Both the position numbers and the translations under genes were made by a program. A stretch of DNA of 64,000 nt from NCBI GenBank assembly GCA_002293125.1, contig DBCR01000018.1, forward strand, positions 10,602 to 74,601. The letters run 5' to 3'. Below the pieces are notes generated by a model. It was not told where the DNA came from. It worked only from the letters and a program-made list of their open reading frames with translations, and searched no databases. Source of the stretch: Opitutia bacterium UBA953. Its GTDB lineage: Bacteria; Verrucomicrobiota; Verrucomicrobiia; Opitutales; UBA953. Below are positions 28,441 through 38,272 of this stretch, in pieces; position 1 is the first letter of the stretch, and every line of letters begins with the position of its first letter.

Positions 28441-30187
28441 GCTTGGTCTCGATGTCCCGTAGCAAGGTCTCGCGGTTACCGGAGAACAGGTAGACGTCGG
28501 AACCGAGGCGTCGGAGCGCGGCCTGCAGGACTTCCTTCGACGGGCGACGGTTCTCCATCAGCCGGCGCAGGTAGGTCTCGAGGTCGGCCGCGATGCGCGG
28601 GTGGTCGAGTTTAAGCTGCACGATCTGCTGCAGCACGGCCTGGCTGCTCTCATTCTGGAGATGGGCCTGGATGAGCACGTCGTTGGCCTCGTCGTAGCGC
28701 TTGGCAATAATCAGCTTACGACTCGCCGAGATCAGCACCTGGGGCGGCACCTTCCGGTTCTGCATCAGTTTCTGAAGATTGATCGAGCCGATCTCCGTCT
28801 GACCGTCGGCGAAGTAGGCGATGGTCCGCAGGGCTTCGAAGGCCATGCGGGTCTCGGCCACCCACTGGTCGCGCTCCGCCTGCTTGTAGAGCTCGTCCAC
28901 CAGCAGGATGGTCTCGCGTGCGCGACCGGCGTTCAGCAGGCATTCCACGTGGACAAGGTCGAAGCGGACGCGATTGGGGAAGCGGCGCTCCTTGGCGAGC
29001 TTCGCCAGGCGGGCAGTGAGGGCGACGTCGGCGGTCTCGTTGCCGAAGCGCGCGAGGTCGAGCATCGCCTGCTCTTGGTTGCCGTAGCGGGCGATAGCCT
29101 TTTCCGCGATGGTCGAACGGGCTGAACGGTTAGCGTCACCTGGCAGGAGGTAGAGTGATTGGATGAGCGGGCCGGGTTTATCCGGCATGCTGATCGCCAA
29201 TAGATCGAGGCAGTCTTTGGCTCGTGAAAGTTCTCCGCTTTCCTTCAGCCAGCGGGCCTTCATCTCGAGGAGCCTGATGCCGGCGGGGTAAGCCGCGAGG
29301 GCGGCATCAAGTTCGGCCAGAGCGCCGCCGCGATCCCCGCTCTCCCAGAGAATCTGGCAGTTGAGCAGGTAGCCGTCCGCGGTCTGGTCGAGCCGGTAAT
29401 CCTTGATGAACTTCAGGGCCTCGCTGAAGTTGCCACGAAGGAAGTGGGCCTGGGCCGCCGCGAGCCGAAGGTCCGCCTGGATTTCAGGCGATACATCCTT
29501 GTCGCCCTGATACTTGGCCGCCGTCGCAATCAGCCGCGCATCTTGGTCGAGCATGAAGCAGCGGGTGATGTATTGGCGGAAATAGTCGGGGTCCTTCTTG
29601 GCGAAGATGAGCGACTCTTCGAGCAGTTGATAGGCGTCGAGCGGGCGCTGGAACTGGAAGAACAGATCCGCGCAGAGCCGTTGGGCTTCGAGATTAGCCG
29701 GGGTGAGCTGCGCGCCGGTGCCGATGTAGCGCGCGAACTCGGCGTAGTCCTGCCGGGCAAGCGCCGCCTGGGCGACGCTGACGAAGTATTCCCCTTTACG
29801 GTAGAGATGCGCGGACCGACCGTACGTGTCCTTGACCGTGAGGAGCTTCGCCCGCTCCCGGAGCCGGATTTGCTCCTTGTCGCGGAAGAGATTGGTGGCG
29901 GAATTGACCACGGAGTCCGGGAGGTAGAGATACATGTCGGCCCGGCGCGTGGTCGGGATGCCGTTCATGAAGCGCTCCTTGAAGTAGTTCACTTCCGACA
30001 AGGCTACCCAAAGGATCAGCAGGAAGACCGGGAAGAGCAGGGCGATCCGCTTCCAGCTTGGGCGATACTTGCGCTCCTTGTACCCGATCGCTTCGACGAT
30101 GACCATCCCCAGCAGGATAGGGTAGCTCGAGCGTGAACTCTGCCCTTGGCCGTAGACGTAATGGGGGTCGGCTGACATGCCTGCCAC
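28433..30187 (-). CDS. Membrane-anchored TPR-repeat protein
   Basis: 584 aa with two N-terminal hydrophobic helices, then repeated A/L/Y-rich 34-residue helical hairpins. Confidence 0.65.
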   Translation of the reverse strand: MAGMSADPHYVYGQGQSSRSSYPILLGMVIVEAIGYKERKYRPSWKRIALLFPVFLLILWVALSEVNYFKERFMNGIPTTRRADMYLYLPDSVVNSATNLFRDKEQIRLRERAKLLTVKDTYGRSAHLYRKGEYFVSVAQAALARQDYAEFARYIGTGAQLTPANLEAQRLCADLFFQFQRPLDAYQLLEESLIFAKKDPDYFRQYITRCFMLDQDARLIATAAKYQGDKDVSPEIQADLRLAAAQAHFLRGNFSEALKFIKDYRLDQTADGYLLNCQILWESGDRGGALAELDAALAAYPAGIRLLEMKARWLKESGELSRAKDCLDLLAISMPDKPGPLIQSLYLLPGDANRSARSTIAEKAIARYGNQEQAMLDLARFGNETADVALTARLAKLAKERRFPNRVRFDLVHVECLLNAGRARETILLVDELYKQAERDQWVAETRMAFEALRTIAYFADGQTEIGSINLQKLMQNRKVPPQVLISASRKLIIAKRYDEANDVLIQAHLQNESSQAVLQQIVQLKLDHPRIAADLETYLRRLMENRRPSKEVLQAALRRLGSDVYLFSGNRETLLRDIETKLR

Positions 30188-30230
30188 GATGTTCCTGCTC
30201 CCCTCGGGGCGGGCAAGAGCGGATTGCCCG

Positions 30231-32234
30231 TCAGAGGCTCGCGGCGGCCTCTTGGGCGGTCTGGACGGGGGCGAGGCAGGTCTGGCCTACGCAGACGGCA
30301 AAACCGGTCGCAGAAGGCTCTGCGACGAGAAAGACGGGCCGATACGGCCGGGTCTGGGGCGCGGTCTTCTCGTCGCCGTTTAGGGCCTGGCGCAGTTCCT
30401 CCCAACGCCCGGATGCTTTGACGGTCGCATGACCGATGGCGAAGCGGGCGATACCGTCCAAGGCATGGGCGACGCCGTTGGGCACGTTCTTGCAGAGGCC
30501 GCCGTAGGCGGTGGAAAGATCAGCAAACTCACGCGCCCAGCGGGTGTCCGTGGAAAGCATCTGGATCTGCCCGAAGCCGTGGAGGAGCGAGGAGTTGCCG
30601 GAGGGTACGGCGTTATCGAACCAATCCTTCTGGCGGACGGAAAGGTCGTCGCGGTCGGCCGATACGACAAAGGAGCCGATGGAGTGCGGATCGCCGAACA
30701 GAGTTTGCGATGCCGACAGCAGGCCCTCGGCGCGTTGGGCGTAAGGATGCGCCTGCCCCGGTCTGGCCCAGCGGGCATAGGCGGCCAAGGCGAGCTCCGC
30801 TTCGGCGAGCCAAGCGTAGTCGCTGAGGTTGCCGACCAAGGTCGTCTTGTCGCCGTGCGCGACGGAAAGCAGCTTGGCGCCGTCTTCACGGGCGAAGCGC
30901 GTCCACAGGTTGGCTTCGGTTTCGATGGCGAGTTCGACCCATTCCTTGCGTCCGAGGATCCAGCCGGCCTTGGCGAGGTTGCCGACGAGCAGGGCGTTCC
31001 AGCTGAGGAGGTTCTTGTCGTCGCGCGCTGGCTGGGGACGCTGATCGCGGATCGCGAGGAGCTGGGCCCGCGCGGCGACGAAGCGTTGCCGTGCCGCATG
31101 GTCACCCTTGAGCTTGGGGATATTCTTCCCCTCGAAATTACCCTTATCCGAAAGGCCGTAGGCCTGGGCGAAGGCGAAGGCCTCGTCGCCGAGGGCGGCC
31201 GCCACTTCCGGCGCGGTCCACACATAGGTAGTGCCTTCGTGGTGATCGGTATCGGCATCGAGCGAGGCGGCGAACAGTCCGTTGGCGGTGCGCATCTCAC
31301 GGAGCATCCAGTCGACGGTCTCGATGCAGACGTCGACGTAGAGCGGATCGCGGTAGCGGGCCCAGGCTTCGGCGTAGGTGCCGAGCAGCTGGGCGTTGTC
31401 ATACAGCATTTTCTCGAAGTGCGGGACGGTCCAGTCGCGGTCGACGCAGTAGCGATGGAAGCCGCCGCCGACCTGGTCGAACAAGCCGCCGCGGGCCATG
31501 GAGCCGAGGGTGATGGTCAGGACGGCATCGATGCGGGAGGCGAGCGCGCGGTCGGTTTCGACCGCCGCGGCGCCGCGCAGGCCGAGCAAAAGGTTCAGGG
31601 TGTGCGGGGTGGGGAACTTCGGTGCGGCGCCGAAGCCTCCGAAGGTGTCATCATGCTGCTCGCAGATGCGGCGGGCGGCGGCCACGAGGTCATCAGGCGT
31701 GGGGGCGCTGCCATCGGCGTCCGGCGCCCGGGTGAGGTGCGTGAGGTTTTGCGCGATGGCGTCGGCGTTGGCGGCGAGCTCGGACTTGTTGCGATGGTAG
31801 AAGTCAGAGACGCGCATGAGCAGTTGCGGCCAAGGTACCTGGCTGTGCCCGCGGTCTTCGGGTGGAAAATACGTCCCGCCGAAGAACGGTCGGCCATCCG
31901 GCAAGCAGAAGCAGTTGAGCGGCCACCCGCCGTGACCCTGGATCATCTGCACGGCGTCCATCATGAGTTTGTCGACTTCAGGGCGTTCCTCGCGGTCGAC
32001 CTTGATGCAGACGAAATGCTGGTTCATCAGGTCAGCGATCCAGGGCTGCTCAAAGGATTCGCGGGCCATCACGTGGCACCAGTGGCAGGAGGAGTAGCCG
32101 ACCGACACCAGCACGGGCTTATCCTTGGCCTTGGCCTCCGCGAAGGCCTCGGCGCACCAGGGCCACCAATGCACGGGGTTGGCCTCGTGTTGGCGGAGGT
32201 AGAGCGAGCTTTCGTGGGCCAGGCGGTTCGACAC
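30231..32234 (-). CDS. Thioredoxin-domain protein, YyaL/DUF255 family (N-acylglucosamine epimerase-like C-terminus)
   Basis: [24 protein letters not shown] and [14 protein letters not shown] motifs. The start is uncertain. I place it at the in-frame GTG at 32234 (VSNRLAHE), whereas the ORF track extends to 32591 over mutL. Confidence 0.8.
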   Translation of the reverse strand: MSNRLAHESSLYLRQHEANPVHWWPWCAEAFAEAKAKDKPVLVSVGYSSCHWCHVMARESFEQPWIADLMNQHFVCIKVDREERPEVDKLMMDAVQMIQGHGGWPLNCFCLPDGRPFFGGTYFPPEDRGHSQVPWPQLLMRVSDFYHRNKSELAANADAIAQNLTHLTRAPDADGSAPTPDDLVAAARRICEQHDDTFGGFGAAPKFPTPHTLNLLLGLRGAAAVETDRALASRIDAVLTITLGSMARGGLFDQVGGGFHRYCVDRDWTVPHFEKMLYDNAQLLGTYAEAWARYRDPLYVDVCIETVDWMLREMRTANGLFAASLDADTDHHEGTTYVWTAPEVAAALGDEAFAFAQAYGLSDKGNFEGKNIPKLKGDHAARQRFVAARAQLLAIRDQRPQPARDDKNLLSWNALLVGNLAKAGWILGRKEWVELAIETEANLWTRFAREDGAKLLSVAHGDKTTLVGNLSDYAWLAEAELALAAYARWARPGQAHPYAQRAEGLLSASQTLFGDPHSIGSFVVSADRDDLSVRQKDWFDNAVPSGNSSLLHGFGQIQMLSTDTRWAREFADLSTAYGGLCKNVPNGVAHALDGIARFAIGHATVKASGRWEELRQALNGDEKTAPQTRPYRPVFLVAEPSATGFAVCVGQTCLAPVQTAQEAAASL

Positions 32235-32400
32235 GTCTGGAAGGTTGGCATCCTTCGGCAGGGTGCAACAAAGACCGTTTCCGAGCCGTTCGACTTGCAG
32301 GGGAGGGGGCGAAGGGCAAAGGTTCGCGGGTGCCTTCCGTCCGCCCCAGCCGCGTCCTCGGCCGTCCCCTCGGACGGTCTGAGGCCAAGCCTGCCTGATC

Positions 32401-34131
32401 ATGTCGACCATTCGCATCCTTGAGGCGACGGTGGCCAACCAGATCGCTGCTGGTGAAGTGGTGGAACGTCCGGCCGCGGTCATCAAGGAACTGCTCGAGA
32501 ACTCCCTCGACGCCGGTGCGCGTCGCGTGACGGTCGATTTCTCCCGGGGCGGCAAGGCCCGGATGATCGTCGAGGACGACGGGAAGGGCATGACGGGCGA
32601 CGAAGCGTTGCTGAGCCTTGAACGTCATGCGACCAGCAAGATCCAGGTGGCTTCCGACCTCGACCGCATCGCGACGTTCGGCTTCCGCGGAGAGGCGCTG
32701 CCCTCCATCGCCAGCGTGGCCCGCTTCACGATGCAGACCCGCCCGGCCTCCGCGCCTTCGGGCACCGAAATCGCGATCAATGGCGGTAAGCTGGTGCACC
32801 GGCGTGACCATGGGATGGCGCCGGGTACGCGCATTGAGGTTTCCAATCTTTTCCATCCGGTCCCGGCTCGGCTGAAGTTCTTGAAGTCCGATGAGACCGA
32901 GGCTGCTCATATCGTGCGTCTGGTGCGTCTCTACGCCATCGCTCATCCCGAAGTCGGTTTCCTGCTGCGCGAGGACGGCCGCGAGATCTTCCGTTCGCCG
33001 GGCAATGCGCCGCTCCTGGATCGCGTCCGCGAAATCTGGGGCCGTCAGGTAGCCGAAGAGGTCACGATCATGCCTTCCTTTGCGCGTCCAGACATGCGCC
33101 TCAGCGGCCTGCTGGGTAAGCCCGGCGTGAGCCGCGGTACGCGTCAGGACCTGGTCACCGTCGTCAACGGCCGTCCGGTCGACAGTCGTACGATGGCCTT
33201 CGCGCTGACGGAAAGTTATCATACGCTGATCCCGAAGGGTCGTTACCCGCTGGCGTTCATATTTCTTGAGATGGATCCGGCATGGGTCGACGTAAACGTC
33301 CATCCCGCCAAGCGTGAGGTGCGCTTCCGCGACGAAGCCAAGGTCCGCAATTTCCTGATCGAGTCCGTCCTCGCGGTGCTGCGCGCGCGTGCCGACGACG
33401 GTCTGCCCGCCGAGACGGTTCCGGCCGTAGCACCGGCCACTCCGTTGGCCGCCGCCGCACCCCCGACGGTGAGCGGTCCGATCGCATCCGGCGCCGCGCC
33501 CTCGGCTTATGTGCCGCCGGCCGCCGCTTCCGCTGCGCCGACCCACGCGCCGGCGGTCCGCCTTGGCTGGCGTCTGCTCTCCCGTCTCCGCGAAGAACGC
33601 GCCGTCTTCGAGACGCCCACCGGTCTGGCCATCCTCGATATCGGGGCAGCGCACCAGCGCGTGCTCTACGAATCCATCCTCGCGCAATTCACCGCGCAGA
33701 AGCCCGTCAGCCAGCCGATGCTCGTGCCGCTGAGCATCGAGCTCGAACCGTTGCCCGCCGCGGTGCTCAAGGAGCGACTGCCGCTACTGGCCTCGGCCGG
33801 TTTCGATTTCGAGGAGTACGGTCGCAACTTCTGGCGCATCCAGGCTCTCCCTGCATGGCTCGAGCCTGAGGACGCCTTGGCCTTCGTCCGCGACTTGCTG
33901 GCCGAGATGGCCCGCCGCGAGGGTGACTTCGGTCGTCCCTCGCTGGCCTATGATGCCCTCGCCAAGATTGCTGTCATCAAGGCTCGCCGTAAGGGCGACA
34001 GCCTTTCGGACGCCGAACTGATGGAGCTGGTGCAGGCGTTGTTCCGTGCCGTCCAGCCCGGCAGTTGCCCGCGTGGACGCCGGACCTATGTCGAGTGGAC
34101 GGATGCCGACCTGACCCGCCGTTTCGGCTGA
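32401..34131 (+). CDS. mutL: DNA mismatch repair protein MutL
   Basis: N-terminus [37 protein letters not shown] (GHKL ATPase motif I). Confidence 0.95.
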   Translation: MSTIRILEATVANQIAAGEVVERPAAVIKELLENSLDAGARRVTVDFSRGGKARMIVEDDGKGMTGDEALLSLERHATSKIQVASDLDRIATFGFRGEALPSIASVARFTMQTRPASAPSGTEIAINGGKLVHRRDHGMAPGTRIEVSNLFHPVPARLKFLKSDETEAAHIVRLVRLYAIAHPEVGFLLREDGREIFRSPGNAPLLDRVREIWGRQVAEEVTIMPSFARPDMRLSGLLGKPGVSRGTRQDLVTVVNGRPVDSRTMAFALTESYHTLIPKGRYPLAFIFLEMDPAWVDVNVHPAKREVRFRDEAKVRNFLIESVLAVLRARADDGLPAETVPAVAPATPLAAAAPPTVSGPIASGAAPSAYVPPAAASAAPTHAPAVRLGWRLLSRLREERAVFETPTGLAILDIGAAHQRVLYESILAQFTAQKPVSQPMLVPLSIELEPLPAAVLKERLPLLASAGFDFEEYGRNFWRIQALPAWLEPEDALAFVRDLLAEMARREGDFGRPSLAYDALAKIAVIKARRKGDSLSDAELMELVQALFRAVQPGSCPRGRRTYVEWTDADLTRRFG

Positions 34132-36117
34132 TCAGCGGCGGCCCTTGTGGCGCTTCGGCGAAGCCGGCTTGCCGGTGCGCAACGCTTCAATCTGGTCGCG
34201 TAGATTCGCCGCGCGTTCGAACTGAAGTTCGTCCGCCGCCGCGAGCATCTCGGTTTCCATATCGGATAGGACGCGCGCGATATCGCGGTCGTCGGTACCT
34301 TCGGCCACCGCGAGGGCTTCGTCGGCTTCGAGGTCCACGAGGCTTTCCTCGATCCTGCGGCTCGTGCTCTTCGGGGTGATGCCGTACTTCGTGTTATGGG
34401 CTTCCTGGCGCTTGCGGCGGTCGCCGCAGATGGTCAGCGCACGCGTGAGAGACTTCGTCATCACATCGGCGTAGAGCAGGACCTTGCCTTCGACGTGGCG
34501 CGCCGCGCGGCCGGAGGTCTGGATGAGGCTCGTCTCGCTGCGGAGGAAGCCCTCCTTGTCGGCGTCGAGGATGCCCACGAGCGCCACTTCCGGAAGGTCG
34601 AGGCCTTCGCGGAGCAGATTGACGCCGACGAGGACGTCGAAAGACCCGGCGCGCAGGCGGCGTAGAATCTCGACGCGTTCGATCGCATCGATGTCGGAGT
34701 GCAGGTACTCGACCTTCAGGCCGCTATCCCGCATGAAGTTGGCGAGGTCCTCGGACATCCGCTTGGTCAGCGTCGTGACGAGCGTACGGAAGCCGCGGGC
34801 GGCGACGCCCTTGGCTTCGCCGATGATGTCCTCGACCTGACCCGCGATCGGGCGGACTTCCATGATCGGGTCGAGCAGGCCCGTCGGGCGGATGACCTGT
34901 TCGGCGACGACGGATGAGACTTTGTACTCGTGGGGCGCCGGGGTAGCCGAGACGTAGACCGCTTGGTCGACGAGCGTGTCGAACTCCTCGGGGCGGAGCG
35001 GGCGGTTCTCGAGCGCGGAGGGCAGGCGGAAGCCGAACTCCACGAGGCGTTCCTTGCGGGCGCGGTCACCGTGATACATCCCGCCGATCTGCGAGACCGA
35101 GACGTGGCTTTCGTCGATGAAGACCAGCTTGTCCTTCGGAAAGAAGTCCAGGAGGCAGTGCGGGCGCTCGCCGGGACGGCGGCCGGACATGTGCATCGAG
35201 TAGTTCTCGATGCCCGGGCAGAAGCCCGTCTCGCGGAGCATCTCGAGGTCGTGCTCTACGCGCATGCGGATACGTTGTGCTTCTACGAGACGATTCGTCT
35301 TCTCGAAGTGGGTGACCCGTTCCTCGAGCTCGGTGCGGATGGCGGCGGCGGCGGCTTTCACGCGGCCCGGTGCCATCACGTATTGGTTGGCCGGGTAGAG
35401 GTCGAACTTTTCGAGCTGCTTGCCCGGCTTCACGCTGACCGGGTCGAGTTCGCGGATGGCCTCCAGCGTGTCGCCCCAGAATTCCAGGCGGACGGCGGAC
35501 TCCATGTAGGCCGGCCAGACGTCGATCGTCTCGCCGCGGGCGCGGAAGTTACAGCGCTCGAGGATGGCGTCGTTACGGACGTATTGGTTGGCGACGAGCT
35601 TCGTGAGGAGTTCGTCGCGGCGCATCGTCATGCCGGTCTTCAGCGCGATCATCGCGGCCAGGAAGTCCTCGGGCGAACCGAGGCCGTAGATGCAGGAGAC
35701 CGAAGCGATGACGACGACGTCGCGACGGGAGAGCAGGGCGCTGCTGGCGCTGATGCGCAGACGCTCGATGTCCTCGTTGATGGCCGAGTCCTTCTCGATG
35801 AAGGTGTCCGTCGACGGCACGTAGGCCTCCGGCTGGTAGTAGTCGTAGTAGCTGACGAAGTATTCGACGGCGTTCTCGGGGAAGAAGTTCTTGAACTCCG
35901 AGTACAGTTGCGCGGCCAGCGTCTTGTTGTGCGAGATGATGAGCGCCGGGCGCTGCTGCTGCACGATCAGGTTCGCCATCGTGAACGTCTTGCCCGAGCC
36001 GGTCACGCCGAGGAGCGTCTGGCGCGCGTTGCCGGCGCGCAAGGAGGCTTCGAGCGCGGCGATGGCGGTCGGCTGGTCGCCCATCGGGCGGTAGTCGGAT
36101 TTGAGACGGAATTCCAT
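34132..36117 (-). CDS. uvrB: Excinuclease ABC subunit B
   Basis: GVTGSGKTFTMAN Walker A, helicase motifs, and the C-terminal UVR motif ELQFERAANLRDQIEALR. Confidence 0.95.
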   Translation of the reverse strand: MEFRLKSDYRPMGDQPTAIAALEASLRAGNARQTLLGVTGSGKTFTMANLIVQQQRPALIISHNKTLAAQLYSEFKNFFPENAVEYFVSYYDYYQPEAYVPSTDTFIEKDSAINEDIERLRISASSALLSRRDVVVIASVSCIYGLGSPEDFLAAMIALKTGMTMRRDELLTKLVANQYVRNDAILERCNFRARGETIDVWPAYMESAVRLEFWGDTLEAIRELDPVSVKPGKQLEKFDLYPANQYVMAPGRVKAAAAAIRTELEERVTHFEKTNRLVEAQRIRMRVEHDLEMLRETGFCPGIENYSMHMSGRRPGERPHCLLDFFPKDKLVFIDESHVSVSQIGGMYHGDRARKERLVEFGFRLPSALENRPLRPEEFDTLVDQAVYVSATPAPHEYKVSSVVAEQVIRPTGLLDPIMEVRPIAGQVEDIIGEAKGVAARGFRTLVTTLTKRMSEDLANFMRDSGLKVEYLHSDIDAIERVEILRRLRAGSFDVLVGVNLLREGLDLPEVALVGILDADKEGFLRSETSLIQTSGRAARHVEGKVLLYADVMTKSLTRALTICGDRRKRQEAHNTKYGITPKSTSRRIEESLVDLEADEALAVAEGTDDRDIARVLSDMETEMLAAADELQFERAANLRDQIEALRTGKPASPKRHKGRR

Positions 36118-36118
36118 C

Positions 36119-36784
36119 TCAGCCTAGGCGTCCGCGGGCGAGCCACTGCGGGTCGACCTCCGAAAGGTCCTTCACGATACGGTGGGCGCCGACAGGCTCC
36201 AGCTGCTCGCGGGTGTTGGTCGTCGCGAGCGCGATGGTGATGAAGCCACCGGTGAGGCCGGCCTGGAGGCCCGAGAAGGAATCCTCGAAGACGAACGACG
36301 CCGCCGGATCGCCGCCGCCGAGGGCGCAGGCCTTCAGGAAGACCTCCGGGTCAGGCTTGCCCTTCGTGACGTCCTCGCTGGCGACCGCGCCGGCGAAGAA
36401 GTGGCCGATGCCGAAGAGCTCGAACGACAAGGCGAGATTCTCCTTGTGCGTCGACGTGCCGATGACGCACGGGATGCCGAGGTCTTTAAGTGCGCCGCAG
36501 AGTTCGCGGACACCGGGGAGCAGGCGAACGTGGCCGGTACGGGCGATGTCGCGGTAGAGGGCCTCCTTGCGATGAGACAAGCGCTTCACCTCGGCGGGGT
36601 CGCGCGTCCAGTTAAGGATGTCGGGGATAATCAGCTCGTTGCGCTTACCGAAGCCACGTTTGAAATGTTCAGCTGGCAGGGGGAGGTTCTGTTCCTTGGC
36701 CAAGGCTTCCCAGGAGCGTTCATGGGCGACGGAGGAGTCGATGACGACTCCGTCCCAGTCAAAGACAGCGACAGTACGAGGCAT
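36119..36784 (-). CDS. HAD-superfamily hydrolase (beta-phosphoglucomutase-like)
   Basis: HAD motif I VFDWDGVVIDS, motif III GKPDPEVF and motif IV FEDSFSG. Confidence 0.8.
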   Translation of the reverse strand: MPRTVAVFDWDGVVIDSSVAHERSWEALAKEQNLPLPAEHFKRGFGKRNELIIPDILNWTRDPAEVKRLSHRKEALYRDIARTGHVRLLPGVRELCGALKDLGIPCVIGTSTHKENLALSFELFGIGHFFAGAVASEDVTKGKPDPEVFLKACALGGGDPAASFVFEDSFSGLQAGLTGGFITIALATTNTREQLEPVGAHRIVKDLSEVDPQWLARGRLG

Positions 36785-36787
36785 GGA

Positions 36788-38266
36788 TCAGTGCTTGTCC
36801 CAAGGCAGCGTGACCTTGATCGGACGATGCTCCCAGACATTGAAAGGTTCGAAGATCTGGCCCGGGGCGAGGATGCCGTTCGGGTCGAGGGCCTTCTTGA
36901 TCGCGAGCATCGCGCCGATCTCGGCCGGCGTGTGCTGTAGGGAGAGGAAGGGGGACTTCGCCAAGCCGATGCCATGTTCGCCCGTGATCGCGCCGCCGAG
37001 TTCGACGACCTTTTCCATGACCTCACGGATGGCCTGTTCGGCCTTGCGGCAGTGCTCTGGGTTGAACCGGTCGTACATGATGTGCACGTGGAAGTTGCCG
37101 TCGGCCGCGTGACCGAAGGTCGGGGTCGCCAGGCCGAAGCGGTCGCGGACCTCGCGCGTGAAGCGGAGCAGGGCGACGTAGCCGCGGATCGGCACCACCA
37201 CGTCTTCGTTCAGCTTGGCGTCGCCCAGGGCGAACATCGCCTGCGAGCAGGTACGGCGGAGTTCCCAGAGCGCTTCGGCTTCCGCGGGGTCTTCCGGCGC
37301 GCGGAAAGCGACCGCATGGCGCTTCGCCCAGGCGTTGACCTTGACCGCATCATCGGCGAGGGCGGCGGGGTGTCCGTCGATCTCGACCAGCAGCGCCGCG
37401 TGCGTCTCGGCGGAGCCAGCCAGTTCGCTGTCGGTGAAGACGCGCTGGCCGCGGCGTTTCTCCGCGGCGGCGACCGTCTGGACGTCGAGAAATTCGAGCA
37501 CCGACGGATTCACGCGCAGCGAGAGCAGGTCGATGGCGGCATCGAGCGCGGCTTCATCGGTACGGAAGGCCAGCAGGAAGGTGCGCCGGGCGGCGGGTAG
37601 GACGGAAAGCTTGAGGGTCGCTTTGGTGATGACGCCGAGCGTGCCTTCGGAGCCGATCCAGAGGTCGCGCAGATTGAGGCCGCTGACGAACTTGCGGAGC
37701 GGGGCGGCCCAGCGGACCTTCTCGCCGGTGGGGAGGAAGCCTTCGAGGGCGTAGACGTGATCACGGACCACGCCGTATTTCGCGGCGCGCAGGCCGCCGG
37801 CGTTGGTGGCGATGTTGCCCCCGATGCTGCAATGTTTCACCGAGGACGGGTCGGGCGGAAAGAAGAGGCCGTGCGGTGCGGCGAGATCGTTGATGTGGGC
37901 TGTGATCGCGCCAGGCTGAACCGTCGCCATCGAGGAGACCGGGTCGATTTCGATTTTGTCCCAGTGGTCGAGGTGGATGACCCAGCCGCCCTTGATCGGG
38001 GCGCAGGCACCGGTCGTACCGGTGCCGCGGCCGCGGACCGTAACCGGGACGCGGTATTCGTTGGCGAGTTTCAGCGTGATGCCGATGTCGTCTTCCGTCG
38101 CCGGGCGGACGACCGCCTCGGGCATGAAGGATAGGCGCATGTTGTCGAACGACGCGGCGAAGCATACGGCTTCGTCGGTCAGGACGACCTGCGGACCCAG
38201 CTTCACCAGGAGGGCCTGGGTGGCGGCGGGATGCGTCTGCGCGGGAGGGCTCACGCCTCCCATCAA
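36788..38266 (-). CDS. FAD-linked oxidase (GlcD / D-lactate dehydrogenase family)
   Basis: FAD-binding PCMH-type region VTVRGRGTGTTGAC and C-terminal GGAITGEHGIGLAK. Confidence 0.8.
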   Translation of the reverse strand: MMGGVSPPAQTHPAATQALLVKLGPQVVLTDEAVCFAASFDNMRLSFMPEAVVRPATEDDIGITLKLANEYRVPVTVRGRGTGTTGACAPIKGGWVIHLDHWDKIEIDPVSSMATVQPGAITAHINDLAAPHGLFFPPDPSSVKHCSIGGNIATNAGGLRAAKYGVVRDHVYALEGFLPTGEKVRWAAPLRKFVSGLNLRDLWIGSEGTLGVITKATLKLSVLPAARRTFLLAFRTDEAALDAAIDLLSLRVNPSVLEFLDVQTVAAAEKRRGQRVFTDSELAGSAETHAALLVEIDGHPAALADDAVKVNAWAKRHAVAFRAPEDPAEAEALWELRRTCSQAMFALGDAKLNEDVVVPIRGYVALLRFTREVRDRFGLATPTFGHAADGNFHVHIMYDRFNPEHCRKAEQAIREVMEKVVELGGAITGEHGIGLAKSPFLSLQHTPAEIGAMLAIKKALDPNGILAPGQIFEPFNVWEHRPIKVTLPWDKH

Positions 38267-38272
38267 GCAGGC

